From: an uncultured Candidatus Saccharibacteria bacterium
GTDB taxonomy: Bacteria; Patescibacteriota; Saccharimonadia; Saccharimonadales; EFPC-124
Reading direction: 5' to 3'
DNA: 64,000 nucleotides
Assembly: GCA_964586395.1 (NCBI GenBank)
Contig: CAZPGP010000001.1
Coordinates: forward strand, 1,865 to 65,864
Below the pieces are notes generated by a model that searched no databases, was not told the DNA's origin, and was given only the letters and a program-made list of their open reading frames with translations. Shown one piece after another: positions 1 to 8,764 of the stretch (the first letter of the stretch is position 1; each line of letters opens with the position of its first letter). Position numbers and translations under genes: made by a program.

Positions 1-388
1 AGCCACTGTTCTTGTACGCTGTTCGAGTCAGTACATTCCACAGCTCGTTGATGTGCTGCTCGACATTGTTCTTGGGGTTGCTGTGGTAGTCGACGCGTTG
101 GTCGAAGAGATAGTCCTTGAAGTATTCGGCCACAAACTTGTGCAGGTCGAACTGCGGATTCTCGCGTTGACGCACGTAGGCCCTCAGAATCTTGCGGAGG
201 CGCTCGGCTGGAACTTGATCCACGAATGTCATACCGTCAGCATGAATACGCTTCAGTTGGACGTCTTGAAAAAGTTCACCTAACAGTTCGTCAGGTGATG
301 CCTTTGGGCGAGCCAGGCCAGGACCAAGGTTGGTTATCTGCGCCTGCAGCCGCTTACTGCTTCGGAAACGGTGTAATGGCCATTGCAT
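1..388 (-). CDS. treF: alpha,alpha-trehalase (GH37), N-terminal part; runs off the left edge
   Basis: Not in the ORF track. Manual translation from ATG at 388 gives MQWPLHRF...SPDELLGELFQDVQLKRIHADGMTFVDQVP...FDLHKFVAEYF...NNVEQHINELWNVLTR, matching the TreA/TreF N-terminal pattern (ELF.DVQ...I..D.KTF.D...FDL..FV...HI..LW.VLTR). Confidence 0.8.
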   Translation of the reverse strand, partial: MQWPLHRFRSSKRLQAQITNLGPGLARPKASPDELLGELFQDVQLKRIHADGMTFVDQVPAERLRKILRAYVRQRENPQFDLHKFVAEYFKDYLFDQRVDYHSNPKNNVEQHINELWNVLTRTAYKNSG

Positions 389-523
389 ATTTTTCTAGAG
401 CTTTCCCGTGTTGCAATTATAGCTAATGCTTGCAATACCCGATAGCCCGCCTTACCTATTCCAACAGATATAATCTGTGGCACAACGATATATAATTTTG
501 CTATACTTACATCTGTAATGCAA

Positions 524-599
524 GGGGCCATAGCTCAGTGGTCAGAGCAGGCGGCTCATAACCGCTTGGTCGCTGGTTCAAGTCCAGCTGGCCCCACCA
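524..599 (+). tRNA. tRNA-Ile2 (CAU anticodon, lysidine type)
   Basis: Cloverleaf with GGGGCCA/TGGCCCC acceptor stem, anticodon loop CTCATAA, GTTCAAG T-loop and encoded CCA. The body closely resembles E. coli ileX rather than tRNA-Met/fMet. TGCTATACT promoter upstream. Confidence 0.9.
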
Positions 600-611
600 G
601 AACTTATACTC

Positions 612-640
612 AAAACACCGCTCGTCGTAAGCGGTGTTTT
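612..640. terminator. bidirectional intrinsic terminator
   Basis: AAAACACCGCT-loop-AGCGGTGTTTT between the convergent tRNA and marR genes. Confidence 0.75.
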
Positions 641-666
641 GATTTAATCGGCATCGTTAACGCCAT

Positions 667-1161
667 CTACGAAGCGGAGCGGTTCGAGCGGCGTGGACCT
701 TGACGGAGTCGCTTGGTCTCTTCCGTCAGCAGCTCTGCCGTCTTGGTCGCAAAGTCGGCGATGGCTGCAGCCTCCTTAGCATCGTATCGCGCCAGGAGTT
801 CTGCTAGTTGACCTTTGATAGGTTCGAAAAGGTCTTGGACTTCCTCGTAACGGCCGCGGACGATTGGCTTGATGATGACGCGGCGGCGGTCGCTTTTGTC
901 GTGCTCGCGCTTCACGTAACCGTTTCGCTCCAGACGGTCAACAAGGCCGGTGACGGCGCCAGTTGTGAGGCCGGTCTGGTCGGCAAGCTCGCCGGCGGTC
1001 ATAGGACCAAAACGACGGAGAATATCCGCCGCTTTATGTTCCGTTGCGCTGAGCCCCATCCTTTCACCGATGGCGTGATGGAACATGATGAGCCGCGAGT
1101 TGACTTCGCGCCCCCATGAATCGATTTCTTGTTTGGGATCAAATGGTTGTGTGGTTGTCAT
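667..1161 (-). CDS. MarR family transcriptional regulator
   Basis: wHTH motif GPMTAGELADQTGLTTGAVTGLVDRLERNGYVKR..D..DRRRV; start chosen at MTTTQPF. Confidence 0.9.
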   Translation of the reverse strand: MTTTQPFDPKQEIDSWGREVNSRLIMFHHAIGERMGLSATEHKAADILRRFGPMTAGELADQTGLTTGAVTGLVDRLERNGYVKREHDKSDRRRVIIKPIVRGRYEEVQDLFEPIKGQLAELLARYDAKEAAAIADFATKTAELLTEETKRLRQGPRRSNRSAS

Positions 1162-1253
1162 ACTGCCTTTCCAGCCTGCCATCAGGCGGTGTGTGACTGC
1201 TAAAATATCCTAGAAGTATACTTTACTTATTATATCATGAAAAGACTTGCACT

Positions 1254-1616
1254 CTAGTCTTCGGCTGCCAACTCCGTGTACTTAGCATGTCGTCCTTTCG
1301 CCTTGGCGATTGGATATTTCTTTTCGTTCTGTTTCATTTTATCTTCAAGTGCTTCACCCAAATCGATGTTGAAGTAACTGCACATTAGCACAATCCAGTA
1401 GTATGTGTCAGCAAGTTCTTCCGCAACCTGAGACTTATTGTTGATAAGGTGATTCTTCGTTTCCTCTGGATTCTTCCACTGAAAATGCTCCAGTACCTCT
1501 GCCGCCTCCAGCACAAGTGAAGCTGCTAAGTCTTTTGGATTGTGGAACTGTGCCCAATCTCTATCCTCACAAAATTGGCGCACGAGTTTCGTATGGTCTT
1601 TGATTGAGTCGCTCAT
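1254..1616 (-). CDS. MazG-like nucleotide pyrophosphohydrolase (dCTP pyrophosphatase-like)
   Basis: RDWAQFHNPKDLAASL..EAAEVLEHFQW, EELAD and KM..NEKKYP motifs; TATAGT-N6-ATG leaderless start. Confidence 0.88.
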   Translation of the reverse strand: MSDSIKDHTKLVRQFCEDRDWAQFHNPKDLAASLVLEAAEVLEHFQWKNPEETKNHLINNKSQVAEELADTYYWIVLMCSYFNIDLGEALEDKMKQNEKKYPIAKAKGRHAKYTELAAED

Positions 1617-1666
1617 AAGTTCACTATACACCGTCGCAAAAGTCGATTCCGGGTCGGACAGTAACT

Positions 1667-3412
1667 TTAAAAAAGCGTTGCCTGTCGAGCTTTCTGCTCT
1701 CGACGATGGAGCTTTTTCTGGAGGGCTGCGGCTGCTGGGTCTTCGGCGCGCGGCAGAATTCGCTCACTCACCTCACGTACAAATCGCGATAGCTCGCGAG
1801 GCTCACCCGCCCGCTTCCTGGCGTACACGATATCCAGCTGATTGCGCGCCCGCGTCGCCGCCACGTAGAATAGCCGTTTCTCCTCATCGAAGTCGGTCGG
1901 CAGCGTCTTCCTGATATTCGGGAGCGTGCCTTCCTCGGCCGCGATCAGAATCACGTGCGAAAACTCCAAGCCCTTTGAGGCGTGAATCGTCATGAGCGTC
2001 ACTCTATCAGCCTGCGGGTCGTAGAAGTCTCTCTGCGCCAGATCGTCAATATACGCCATGCAAGCTCGCAATCCATCCGGCTGACCGTCAAACCGAACCA
2101 GAGTAGATACGAACTGGCTGAGTCGTTGCTTTGCGTCATCCTTGGTTGCCAAATTGAGCTGGTCAATAATCTGCGCCGCAAGCTTGCTGACGGGCTGCTC
2201 GCGGTTCACAGCTTTTAGCTGCGCCCGGAGCTGAGCCTCAGTCCAACCCTTCACTTTTGGCAACTCACCGTCGCCCAACCAACGCAGCGCGCCGACTACC
2301 GCCATTACTTCAGGCCGGTCGTAGGGCGAGCCCTCACCCACGACCTGAAACGGAATGCCCGAATCATGCAGCCGACGCTGCAACGTCTTGGAAACTTGGT
2401 GCGTACGATACAGCACCGCAAAGTCGCGAAACCGACGACCGCCCTCGCCCGCCGCCTTCAACAAGTCAGTCCCACCTATCCCCTCCTCTATCCGTGCCAA
2501 CACATAATCCGCCTCACTGTACTCATTCGGCGTACGAACTGCCTGGACACCGCCAGCTTCTGTCGAATGAGCCCGGAGTGCATCACGCCCGCCAAACACA
2601 GCCGATGCGAGAGCTACGATAGCCTGATCTGAGCGATAATTCACCTCCAGCGTCACCTCATGGCAATCAGGAAAATCCTGACGGAACCGGTCGAACATAG
2701 CCGCACTCGCCCCGCGGAATCCATAGATAGATTGCTTCGGATCACCGATCACAAAGACGTTTTGACTGCCACGGATGAGGCCGATCAATGCCCACTGCAG
2801 CTCACTTGTATCCTGGAATTCGTCGATCAGAATGTATCGATACCGACTGCGCCAGCTACTCAGTACGTCTGATTTTGTCGGCAGCTCATGGTACACCCGG
2901 TACAGCAGGTCGTCGTAATCAGCCAAGCCAGCTTCGCTCAATGCCGACTGATAGCGTTCCAAGAAAGTCTGGGTAACGTCATCAGGCTCATTATTCAATG
3001 CGCCCTTCTGCCTCGAAATAGCCAGCGCACATTCACGCACGGTCAGTGATTTCATGGTCGCAGGTCGGGGCAGCTCGCGCACAATCGCCTGCATCGTAGC
3101 CTCGTCCGCAAAACGCAGCTCGGTGCGCGGATCAATGTCTCTCAAAATACGATGTCCGAGTGAATGAAAGGTCGAAATATCAGGTGGCACAGCCCCATCC
3201 AGCAACACGCGGACGCGCTCCTGCATCTCGCGCGCGGCCTTGACCGTGAATGTCAGCGCCAAAATGTCCGTCGGCTTCACGCCGCGCTGCAACAAATGCG
3301 CGATTCGCGCTGTCAACGTCTTTGTCTTGCCCGTGCCCGGTCCTGCCACGATCAGCACTGGGCCGTCATCGGCCTCGACTGCGGCTCGCTGTTGATCGTT
3401 TAGATTTTCCAT
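1667..3412 (-). CDS. UvrD/PcrA/Rep family SF1 DNA helicase
   Basis: AGPGTGKT Walker A, IDEFQD, GDPKQSIYGFRGA, NYRS, MTIHASKGLEF, EEKRLFYVAATRA. Confidence 0.95.
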   Translation of the reverse strand: MENLNDQQRAAVEADDGPVLIVAGPGTGKTKTLTARIAHLLQRGVKPTDILALTFTVKAAREMQERVRVLLDGAVPPDISTFHSLGHRILRDIDPRTELRFADEATMQAIVRELPRPATMKSLTVRECALAISRQKGALNNEPDDVTQTFLERYQSALSEAGLADYDDLLYRVYHELPTKSDVLSSWRSRYRYILIDEFQDTSELQWALIGLIRGSQNVFVIGDPKQSIYGFRGASAAMFDRFRQDFPDCHEVTLEVNYRSDQAIVALASAVFGGRDALRAHSTEAGGVQAVRTPNEYSEADYVLARIEEGIGGTDLLKAAGEGGRRFRDFAVLYRTHQVSKTLQRRLHDSGIPFQVVGEGSPYDRPEVMAVVGALRWLGDGELPKVKGWTEAQLRAQLKAVNREQPVSKLAAQIIDQLNLATKDDAKQRLSQFVSTLVRFDGQPDGLRACMAYIDDLAQRDFYDPQADRVTLMTIHASKGLEFSHVILIAAEEGTLPNIRKTLPTDFDEEKRLFYVAATRARNQLDIVYARKRAGEPRELSRFVREVSERILPRAEDPAAAALQKKLHRREQKARQATLF

Positions 3413-3428
3413 ACCCTGATAACTCCGA

Positions 3429-4730
3429 TTAGAGCAAAGACAGCTGATTCATTGTCTCTTGCCGCTCGGCCGTATCGCGAAAAACCCGAATAACGCCAAA
3501 CACGCCATCATATCCTGGATCCAGTACGACCTCTTTACGCCTCATCCGCTCAATTGCCACGGCCAAGGCAGCGAATCCCGCATCGTGGATCTGATCGATC
3601 GGAACGTTCCGCAAAATAGAAAACTCATCGCCAAGCATCCGATATGCACGTTCGTAATCTGCCACAACTTTTACCGAGGATGTGCTCTTTGTCCCGTGCA
3701 GCTCGGCCAGTATCTCCGACAGCGGGATAATATACTCTACTTGCTTGGCAGTAGGTGGCGCAAAATCAACGGCGCGCAAAGGGTCGGCGAGCTCGCCAAC
3801 ACGATAATCCACCCCGACGACTAACGGTTTGCTGCAGACCGGACAGATGCCTTCGTGTGCGCGGGTTTGTTCGGGCGTGAAGCGTACGCTGCATGCGCGG
3901 TGGCCATCATAGTGGTACTTGCCTTCTTCCGGGAAAAATTCAATCGTACCGACGAGCCGCTCATCGTTAGTGCGAATCGCCCCGATAATACTATCGTAGC
4001 TGAGTTCAGCGCGGACGACCGTCGCCTCTCGGCCGAGTTTTTGTGGCGAATGCGCGTCGGAATGCGAAGTAATGGTGACACCATCAAGGTTCTTCACTCG
4101 CCAGTTCATGCCCGGGTCGCTACTGAGACCGGTCTCAATGGCATGGATTTCTGGCGTGAGCTCTTCGAAAGCTTCATCAATCGTATCGAAGCCCGACTTG
4201 CTCCCAAACAGCCCAAACCATGGCGTCCAAATATGCGCCGGAATGTAAAGCGTATTTGGGTCGGCCTCCAGACTCAGCCGCAATAGCTCCTTACTGTCCA
4301 AACCCAATATCGGGCGACCGTCAGCCTTCAAGTTGCCAATGCGCTCCAAGCGTGTGGTAATCTCGCTGACCGCTTCAAAGCTCGGTGCGACTAATAGTTG
4401 GTGGAGTTTGCGAACCTTACCACCCTTGCTGTAAATGGTGGCTATCTCGACGGTCGGAATGAATCGAATAATGTTATCTCGAACGCTCTCGGGCAATGTT
4501 TTGTCGATCTCGGCGGCGAGTTCGGGCTTCAAGCGAAACAGACCCGGTTCGGCTGGCTCCATTGTTTCACGAAGTTCAGCAAACCATTCGGGATGAGTAA
4601 AATCACCCGTACCAATAATGTTGATGCCCTTCAGTTTGCCCCAATAGTATAATCCGCTCAGGTCGCAATTCTTGCTGGTTGCGCGCGAATAATGCGTGTG
4701 CACATGGAGGTCGACGATGAGGTCTTGCAT
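3429..4730 (-). CDS. endonuclease Q family protein (PHP domain plus Zn finger)
   Basis: DLHVHTHYSRATS, GTGDFTHP, PAHIWTPW, ETGLSSDP.MN, SHSDAHS, GKYHYDGHRAC, CPVC, PGYDGVFG; start MQDLIVD after TGCTACACT-N7. Confidence 0.9.
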   Translation of the reverse strand: MQDLIVDLHVHTHYSRATSKNCDLSGLYYWGKLKGINIIGTGDFTHPEWFAELRETMEPAEPGLFRLKPELAAEIDKTLPESVRDNIIRFIPTVEIATIYSKGGKVRKLHQLLVAPSFEAVSEITTRLERIGNLKADGRPILGLDSKELLRLSLEADPNTLYIPAHIWTPWFGLFGSKSGFDTIDEAFEELTPEIHAIETGLSSDPGMNWRVKNLDGVTITSHSDAHSPQKLGREATVVRAELSYDSIIGAIRTNDERLVGTIEFFPEEGKYHYDGHRACSVRFTPEQTRAHEGICPVCSKPLVVGVDYRVGELADPLRAVDFAPPTAKQVEYIIPLSEILAELHGTKSTSSVKVVADYERAYRMLGDEFSILRNVPIDQIHDAGFAALAVAIERMRRKEVVLDPGYDGVFGVIRVFRDTAERQETMNQLSLL

Positions 4731-4806
4731 ATCTAACAGTGTAGCATTTGCCTTCCCGCTGCCGACAACTAACGTTATAGGCAATGGGGAGGCGGAGTAG
4801 ACATCG

Positions 4807-4847
4807 CCCGGGTCGGGACGCCCGTCGATAGGCGTCCCGACCTCGGG
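4807..4847 (-). terminator. GC-rich hairpin without U-tract (actinobacterial-type terminator candidate)
   Basis: 12-bp stem GGTCGGGACGCC/GGCGTCCCGACC just downstream of the 4875-5150 gene. Confidence 0.6.
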
Positions 4848-4874
4848 TTGTAAAAGGGTTGAACTGCGGCCGGA

Positions 4875-5150
4875 TCAGCAGCCGGGGTCGGCCGGCGCGC
4901 TGGACGGCTCCGGCTGCGGCACGCAAGCGGGCGCGACGTCGACGCTCACGCCCGGGGCGACCCGGACGCCGATGTCGCCACTGCCGTCCACGGTGAAACC
5001 GCCGCCGAGGCCGATGGCCACGTCCGCGCCGTCGCTGCCGAGCTGCGTGGGGATCTGGCCGGCACGGCCGCCGGTGGCCCCGGTGCGAGCGGTCGTGGCG
5101 TTGGTGGTCGTGATGCGCCGACGCCGGTTCCGATCGTCGCGAGTGGTCAT
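4875..5150 (-). CDS. small hypothetical protein, very high GC
   Basis: GAGGAG SD, own promoter and hairpin; almost all codons end in G/C; Arg-rich N-terminus and a Gly-rich beta-hairpin-like core (DVAIGLGGGFTVDGSGDIGVRVAPGVSVD). Confidence 0.7.
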   Translation of the reverse strand: MTTRDDRNRRRRITTTNATTARTGATGGRAGQIPTQLGSDGADVAIGLGGGFTVDGSGDIGVRVAPGVSVDVAPACVPQPEPSSAPADPGC

Positions 5151-5242
5151 GCGATCAACTCCTCGGTTGTGGCCCTAAATATACTAGGGCCAGATCTACT
5201 CCGAAATGCCCATCATGGCTTGAAGCCGTGAGGGTCTCAGAA

Positions 5243-5270
5243 ATTCTATCATAATTTCAAGAATCAGCAA
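5243..5270 (-). promoter_or_regulatory. sigma70-type promoter of the 4875-5150 gene
   Basis: TTGCTG-N16-TAGAAT with TG extension and AT-rich spacer. Confidence 0.55.
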
Positions 5271-5657
5271 CTAGTTAGGGTCGTCATTGCGGCGACGCAC
5301 GCCCTCACCCGCAGCTAATTCGGCCCAATCTAGATCCCGTGGTGCATCCTCGGCCGGAGGCTCCGGCTCTCGTGCAGCGGGGACTTCCCGAGAAGGAAAC
5401 AACAGGTCAAACTCCTCATGAGTCACTTCGCCAGCCTGCAGTGCCGCAAAAGCTTTGCGAGCGATTGCTCGAGCGCCCGACCGATGTCGATCTGTTGCCT
5501 CATCACGCAATGCCCGCAGCTCCAAATAGGCTGGGCTCTGCACAACTTCCGCCATCACATCAACAGGCACGGCCACTTCAGGGGTGCCTGTTTCAAAACT
5601 TTCGATTTCGAGCTGTTCTCCATGTTGATCAGCTGGCGCGTGCTGGATTTCAGTCAT
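5271..5657 (-). CDS. hypothetical protein (acidic, lineage-specific)
   Basis: ATG 2 nt after the permease stop, with GGAG SD; continues the ABC operon. Confidence 0.6.
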   Translation of the reverse strand: MTEIQHAPADQHGEQLEIESFETGTPEVAVPVDVMAEVVQSPAYLELRALRDEATDRHRSGARAIARKAFAALQAGEVTHEEFDLLFPSREVPAAREPEPPAEDAPRDLDWAELAAGEGVRRRNDDPN

Positions 5658-5659
5658 AG

Positions 5660-6772
5660 TTACTCCCAGCGGAAGACGCGGAAAGCGATCACGTAAATGA
5701 TAATGCTCCACACGCCGATCATTCCGAGCTGCGGCAGGATGTCTACAAAATGTTTGCCCTCGGTCGCAAGCAGTCGGATACCATCAATCACCGGCGTCAG
5801 CGGCAGAAATGCCGAAACGTTCTGCAACCACTCAGGCATCAGGAATCGTGGGAAGAATGTGCCAGACAGGAACATCATCGGAAAGACGACGATGTTGCTC
5901 AGTGGTGCGGCTTGGCGTTCGTTCTTTGCCCAACCACCCAGCGCAAGGCCGATACCTAGGATCATCATAATACCGATAACCAAGAAGATCGCGATCTCTA
6001 TAGGATTTCCCACCACTTTCAGATGGAAGATGCTGATAGCAACCGTGAACAACACCGCCATGGCGAACAGACCGATGACTGCCTGACTCATCATGGTCGA
6101 CAGGAAATACTGCCAGACGCGAATTGGTGTCGTGTGGAAGCGGCGCAAGATGCCTTGCTTCTTCAGCTCAGGGAAGATGTTGATCGGACCAAAGATACCC
6201 ATACCGATGATCGAAAAGCCAAGCAGCCCAGTGAACGTGTAGTCAAACGCGCTCAGGCTTTGGTCGTTCGTCTGCTGCGAAGTGACCGTAAATGGCTCCT
6301 TGGTATCGACGAGCTTGGCATTGATAGCCTTGAACTGACCCTGCAGGACGGACTGCAATGTCTGTGCGGCTTGAGCGTTGTTCTGGCTGTAAATGATCTG
6401 CGCCTGACCACTTGGGTAAGCCTCGCCATTCTTCACTTCACCAAACTCCTTCGGCAGGACAATGGTTGCATCAATCTCGCCACGGTTCATACGTTCCTTG
6501 GCAGCGTCGATATTGTTCACTTCGGTGTTAACTTTCAGAATTTTGCCGTCGTCCAGAGATTTGGCGATGTCCTTCGAAGTTTGCGAGGTTGATTCGTTCA
6601 AAAGTGCAACCTTGAACGAAACGCCATTGCTGTTGTTGCCAAACAGGCCGCCGAATACAAACAGGAAGATCAGCGGGAATGCGACCGTGAAGAAGATCGC
6701 CGTCTTGTCGCGGAAATAGCGGCGAGTGTTAATGCGCGCAAATGTCCAAACGGTGTAAAGTTTTCGTTGCAT
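5660..6772 (-). CDS. ABC-2 type transporter permease
   Basis: N-terminal TM, extracellular loop and further TMs; FLSGTFFP..MPEWLQ..S.FLPLT motif. Confidence 0.92.
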   Translation of the reverse strand: MQRKLYTVWTFARINTRRYFRDKTAIFFTVAFPLIFLFVFGGLFGNNSNGVSFKVALLNESTSQTSKDIAKSLDDGKILKVNTEVNNIDAAKERMNRGEIDATIVLPKEFGEVKNGEAYPSGQAQIIYSQNNAQAAQTLQSVLQGQFKAINAKLVDTKEPFTVTSQQTNDQSLSAFDYTFTGLLGFSIIGMGIFGPINIFPELKKQGILRRFHTTPIRVWQYFLSTMMSQAVIGLFAMAVLFTVAISIFHLKVVGNPIEIAIFLVIGIMMILGIGLALGGWAKNERQAAPLSNIVVFPMMFLSGTFFPRFLMPEWLQNVSAFLPLTPVIDGIRLLATEGKHFVDILPQLGMIGVWSIIIYVIAFRVFRWE

Positions 6773-6774
6773 AG

Positions 6775-7536
6775 TTAAGCCCTCAGCTCCTTACCGGTCA
6801 GGTCGATAAACACATCCTCTAGGTTAGCCTGCTCGACGTGTTGTGGCTTCTTGAAGCCCTTGCCTAGCAGATCCTTGATGAGCTTCTTAGGCGTATCAAG
6901 GGCGACAATGTTGCCACTGTCCATGACCGCCACGCGGTCACACAGCACTTCGGCTTCGTCCATGTAGTGAGTCGTTAGGATGACGCTAATGCCCTTGTCG
7001 CGCACATGTCGCACGAGGTCCCATAGATTACGGCGAGCCTGGGGGTCCAGGCCGGTTGTCGGCTCGTCCATGAAGAAAATCTTTGGGTTGTGAACCAGCG
7101 CCGCAGCGATGCTAAAGCGCTGCTTCTGGCCGCCGCTCAGCGTCTCTACGTAGCTATCAGCCTTCTCCAGAAGGTCGACGTCCTGCAGAAACTCATTCAC
7201 ATCGACTTTTTCGCCGTATGCCGCAGCGAAAAGTTCGATCAGCTCACGCAGCTTTGTCTTGTCCTGAAAAGCCGGACTCTGCGGCTGCACACCGATAATG
7301 CTGCGGATATCGTAAGGATTTTCGGCAACGTCAACGCCGTCTATTGTGGCCTTGCCGCCGTCGATAGGACGGAGCGCTTCTATCATTTCCAGCGTGGTTG
7401 TCTTGCCAGCGCCGTTTGGTCCGAGAATGCCAAATATCTCACCCCGACGAACCTCAAACGAAATCCCGTTCACGACCTTCTTGTCGTCGTAGGATTTCTG
7501 TAGATTTTCTACAACTAGAATATTATCTTTTGCCAT
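6775..7536 (-). CDS. ABC transporter ATP-binding protein (drug-export type)
   Basis: GPNGAGKTT, LSGGQKQR, DEPTTGLDP, TTHYMDEAE. Confidence 0.95.
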   Translation of the reverse strand: MAKDNILVVENLQKSYDDKKVVNGISFEVRRGEIFGILGPNGAGKTTTLEMIEALRPIDGGKATIDGVDVAENPYDIRSIIGVQPQSPAFQDKTKLRELIELFAAAYGEKVDVNEFLQDVDLLEKADSYVETLSGGQKQRFSIAAALVHNPKIFFMDEPTTGLDPQARRNLWDLVRHVRDKGISVILTTHYMDEAEVLCDRVAVMDSGNIVALDTPKKLIKDLLGKGFKKPQHVEQANLEDVFIDLTGKELRA

Positions 7537-7584
7537 ATTACCCCTAATCGTACCACTCCGACCACTGATACTTCAATTCAAACC

Positions 7585-7625
7585 AAAAAAAGACCGGTCC
7601 GAAAACCTTAGGTCTTGGACCGGCC
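7585..7625 (-). terminator. intrinsic terminator
   Basis: On the minus strand GGCCGGTCC-loop-GGACCGGTC followed by T7. Confidence 0.7.
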
Positions 7626-7691
7626 ATTTTCTCCCCTTTTTGTTTGATACTAGCTTAGCATTGCAAACGCCGGGGGCACAAGCCAAATTTA

Positions 7692-7910
7692 TTATGCTTC
7701 GGCTTTGTGGATCTTCTTCAGAGTGAGGAAGCCGTTGCGTGGGTTTTCCTGAACGCCGTAGCCTTCTGGAAGTGCTGAGACAGCGTCATCTGGGCGCTCG
7801 TCCTTAGCGAAGAAGTAAATGGTTTGCTCTTTACCACCGCGGAGCACAACCTTCTTTGAGTGCAAGTAGTAAGTTACCCCTTTTGAATTTGTGTGAGTGT
7901 AGGCTGCCAT
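7692..7910 (-). CDS. small basic hypothetical protein
   Basis: Strong AAGGAGG SD and protein-like sequence (YTHTNSKGVTYYLH...IYFFAK...LPEGY.V.EN.RNG..LKK). Confidence 0.8.
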   Translation of the reverse strand: MAAYTHTNSKGVTYYLHSKKVVLRGGKEQTIYFFAKDERPDDAVSALPEGYGVQENPRNGFLTLKKIHKAEA

Positions 7911-8004
7911 GCTAGTAGTTATCCTCCTTTTAGCTGCTTACGTGATTTTACATTACGCTTGGGCGCAAACCTTTGTCAACAGGGAAGTACAGATAGGAAC
8001 AAAA

Positions 8005-8643
8005 CTAGGACGCCTGATGGCGCCACCGAAGAAGCAGATAAATAACCCACATGAGGATGAGCCGAAATGCGATTATCGCGGCGATAAGCATAGCCGTTAA
8101 CAGAGTAAAACCTGCGACGTCTGGACTCCATAGAGGAGCGGCAAAATTGAACCGGTAGAGGTCGGCCGAAGGCGCCTGAATGCTCGCGACTGGATCTGCC
8201 GCAGCACCACTCGCCGCGACTTTATCCGTCACACATTGGATGTACGCCGGGAACGACGATGTCTTGCTGAACAAATCCTGACAAGCCTTATCCGCCTGCT
8301 GATACGTCACGGCACTGGCGCTACCGCCTTGGGCCGCCTTCTGAACCGCCACGTCGTAAGCTCGTTGGTAGCTGTGCTCTAGGTAGATTCCACGATCCCC
8401 CATGCCGGTGTTCATGTGCGTAGCGATGTAGCTCTGGAGGTTGTTGAGGGCGACCGGGATATCCTTGTTCTGCTCATCGGCTTGCATCACCAAATTGCGC
8501 AGCTCAATCATCCGCAGATTATTCTGACGCATAAAGAACGCCGAGGCCGCGACCAGCACAACCAAAACAGCCAATAATTGCCACGTCTTAACTTGCCGTA
8601 AAACGACTAATGTGTGATGAAGTCTGCGCTTGTTCACTCCCAC
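8005..8643 (-). CDS. hypothetical membrane protein (2 TM, extracellular Cys pair)
   Basis: N- and C-terminal hydrophobic helices; GTG start. Confidence 0.75.
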   Translation of the reverse strand: MGVNKRRLHHTLVVLRQVKTWQLLAVLVVLVAASAFFMRQNNLRMIELRNLVMQADEQNKDIPVALNNLQSYIATHMNTGMGDRGIYLEHSYQRAYDVAVQKAAQGGSASAVTYQQADKACQDLFSKTSSFPAYIQCVTDKVAASGAAADPVASIQAPSADLYRFNFAAPLWSPDVAGFTLLTAMLIAAIIAFRLILMWVIYLLLRWRHQAS

Positions 8644-8764
8644 CTACTTTCCTTATGTCCTATTGTAGCAGCTTGACGCCTCACCAGTCGGATAGTCTAC
8701 AGGCCCGCAGAGGCGGGTTGTAACTGCAACACTTGAACTTATTGATGATATACTGACCAGTGAT

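Noticed and set aside
524-599. tRNA-Met or fMet call from the CAT anticodon
   Set aside because: It lacks the fMet C1:A72 mismatch and the GGG/CCC anticodon stem; the body resembles ileX-type tRNA-Ile2.
8697-8722. Hairpin ACAGGCCCGC-agag-GCGGGTTGT between divergent genes
   Set aside because: Single short hairpin with no second copy noticed in the window and no assignable function.
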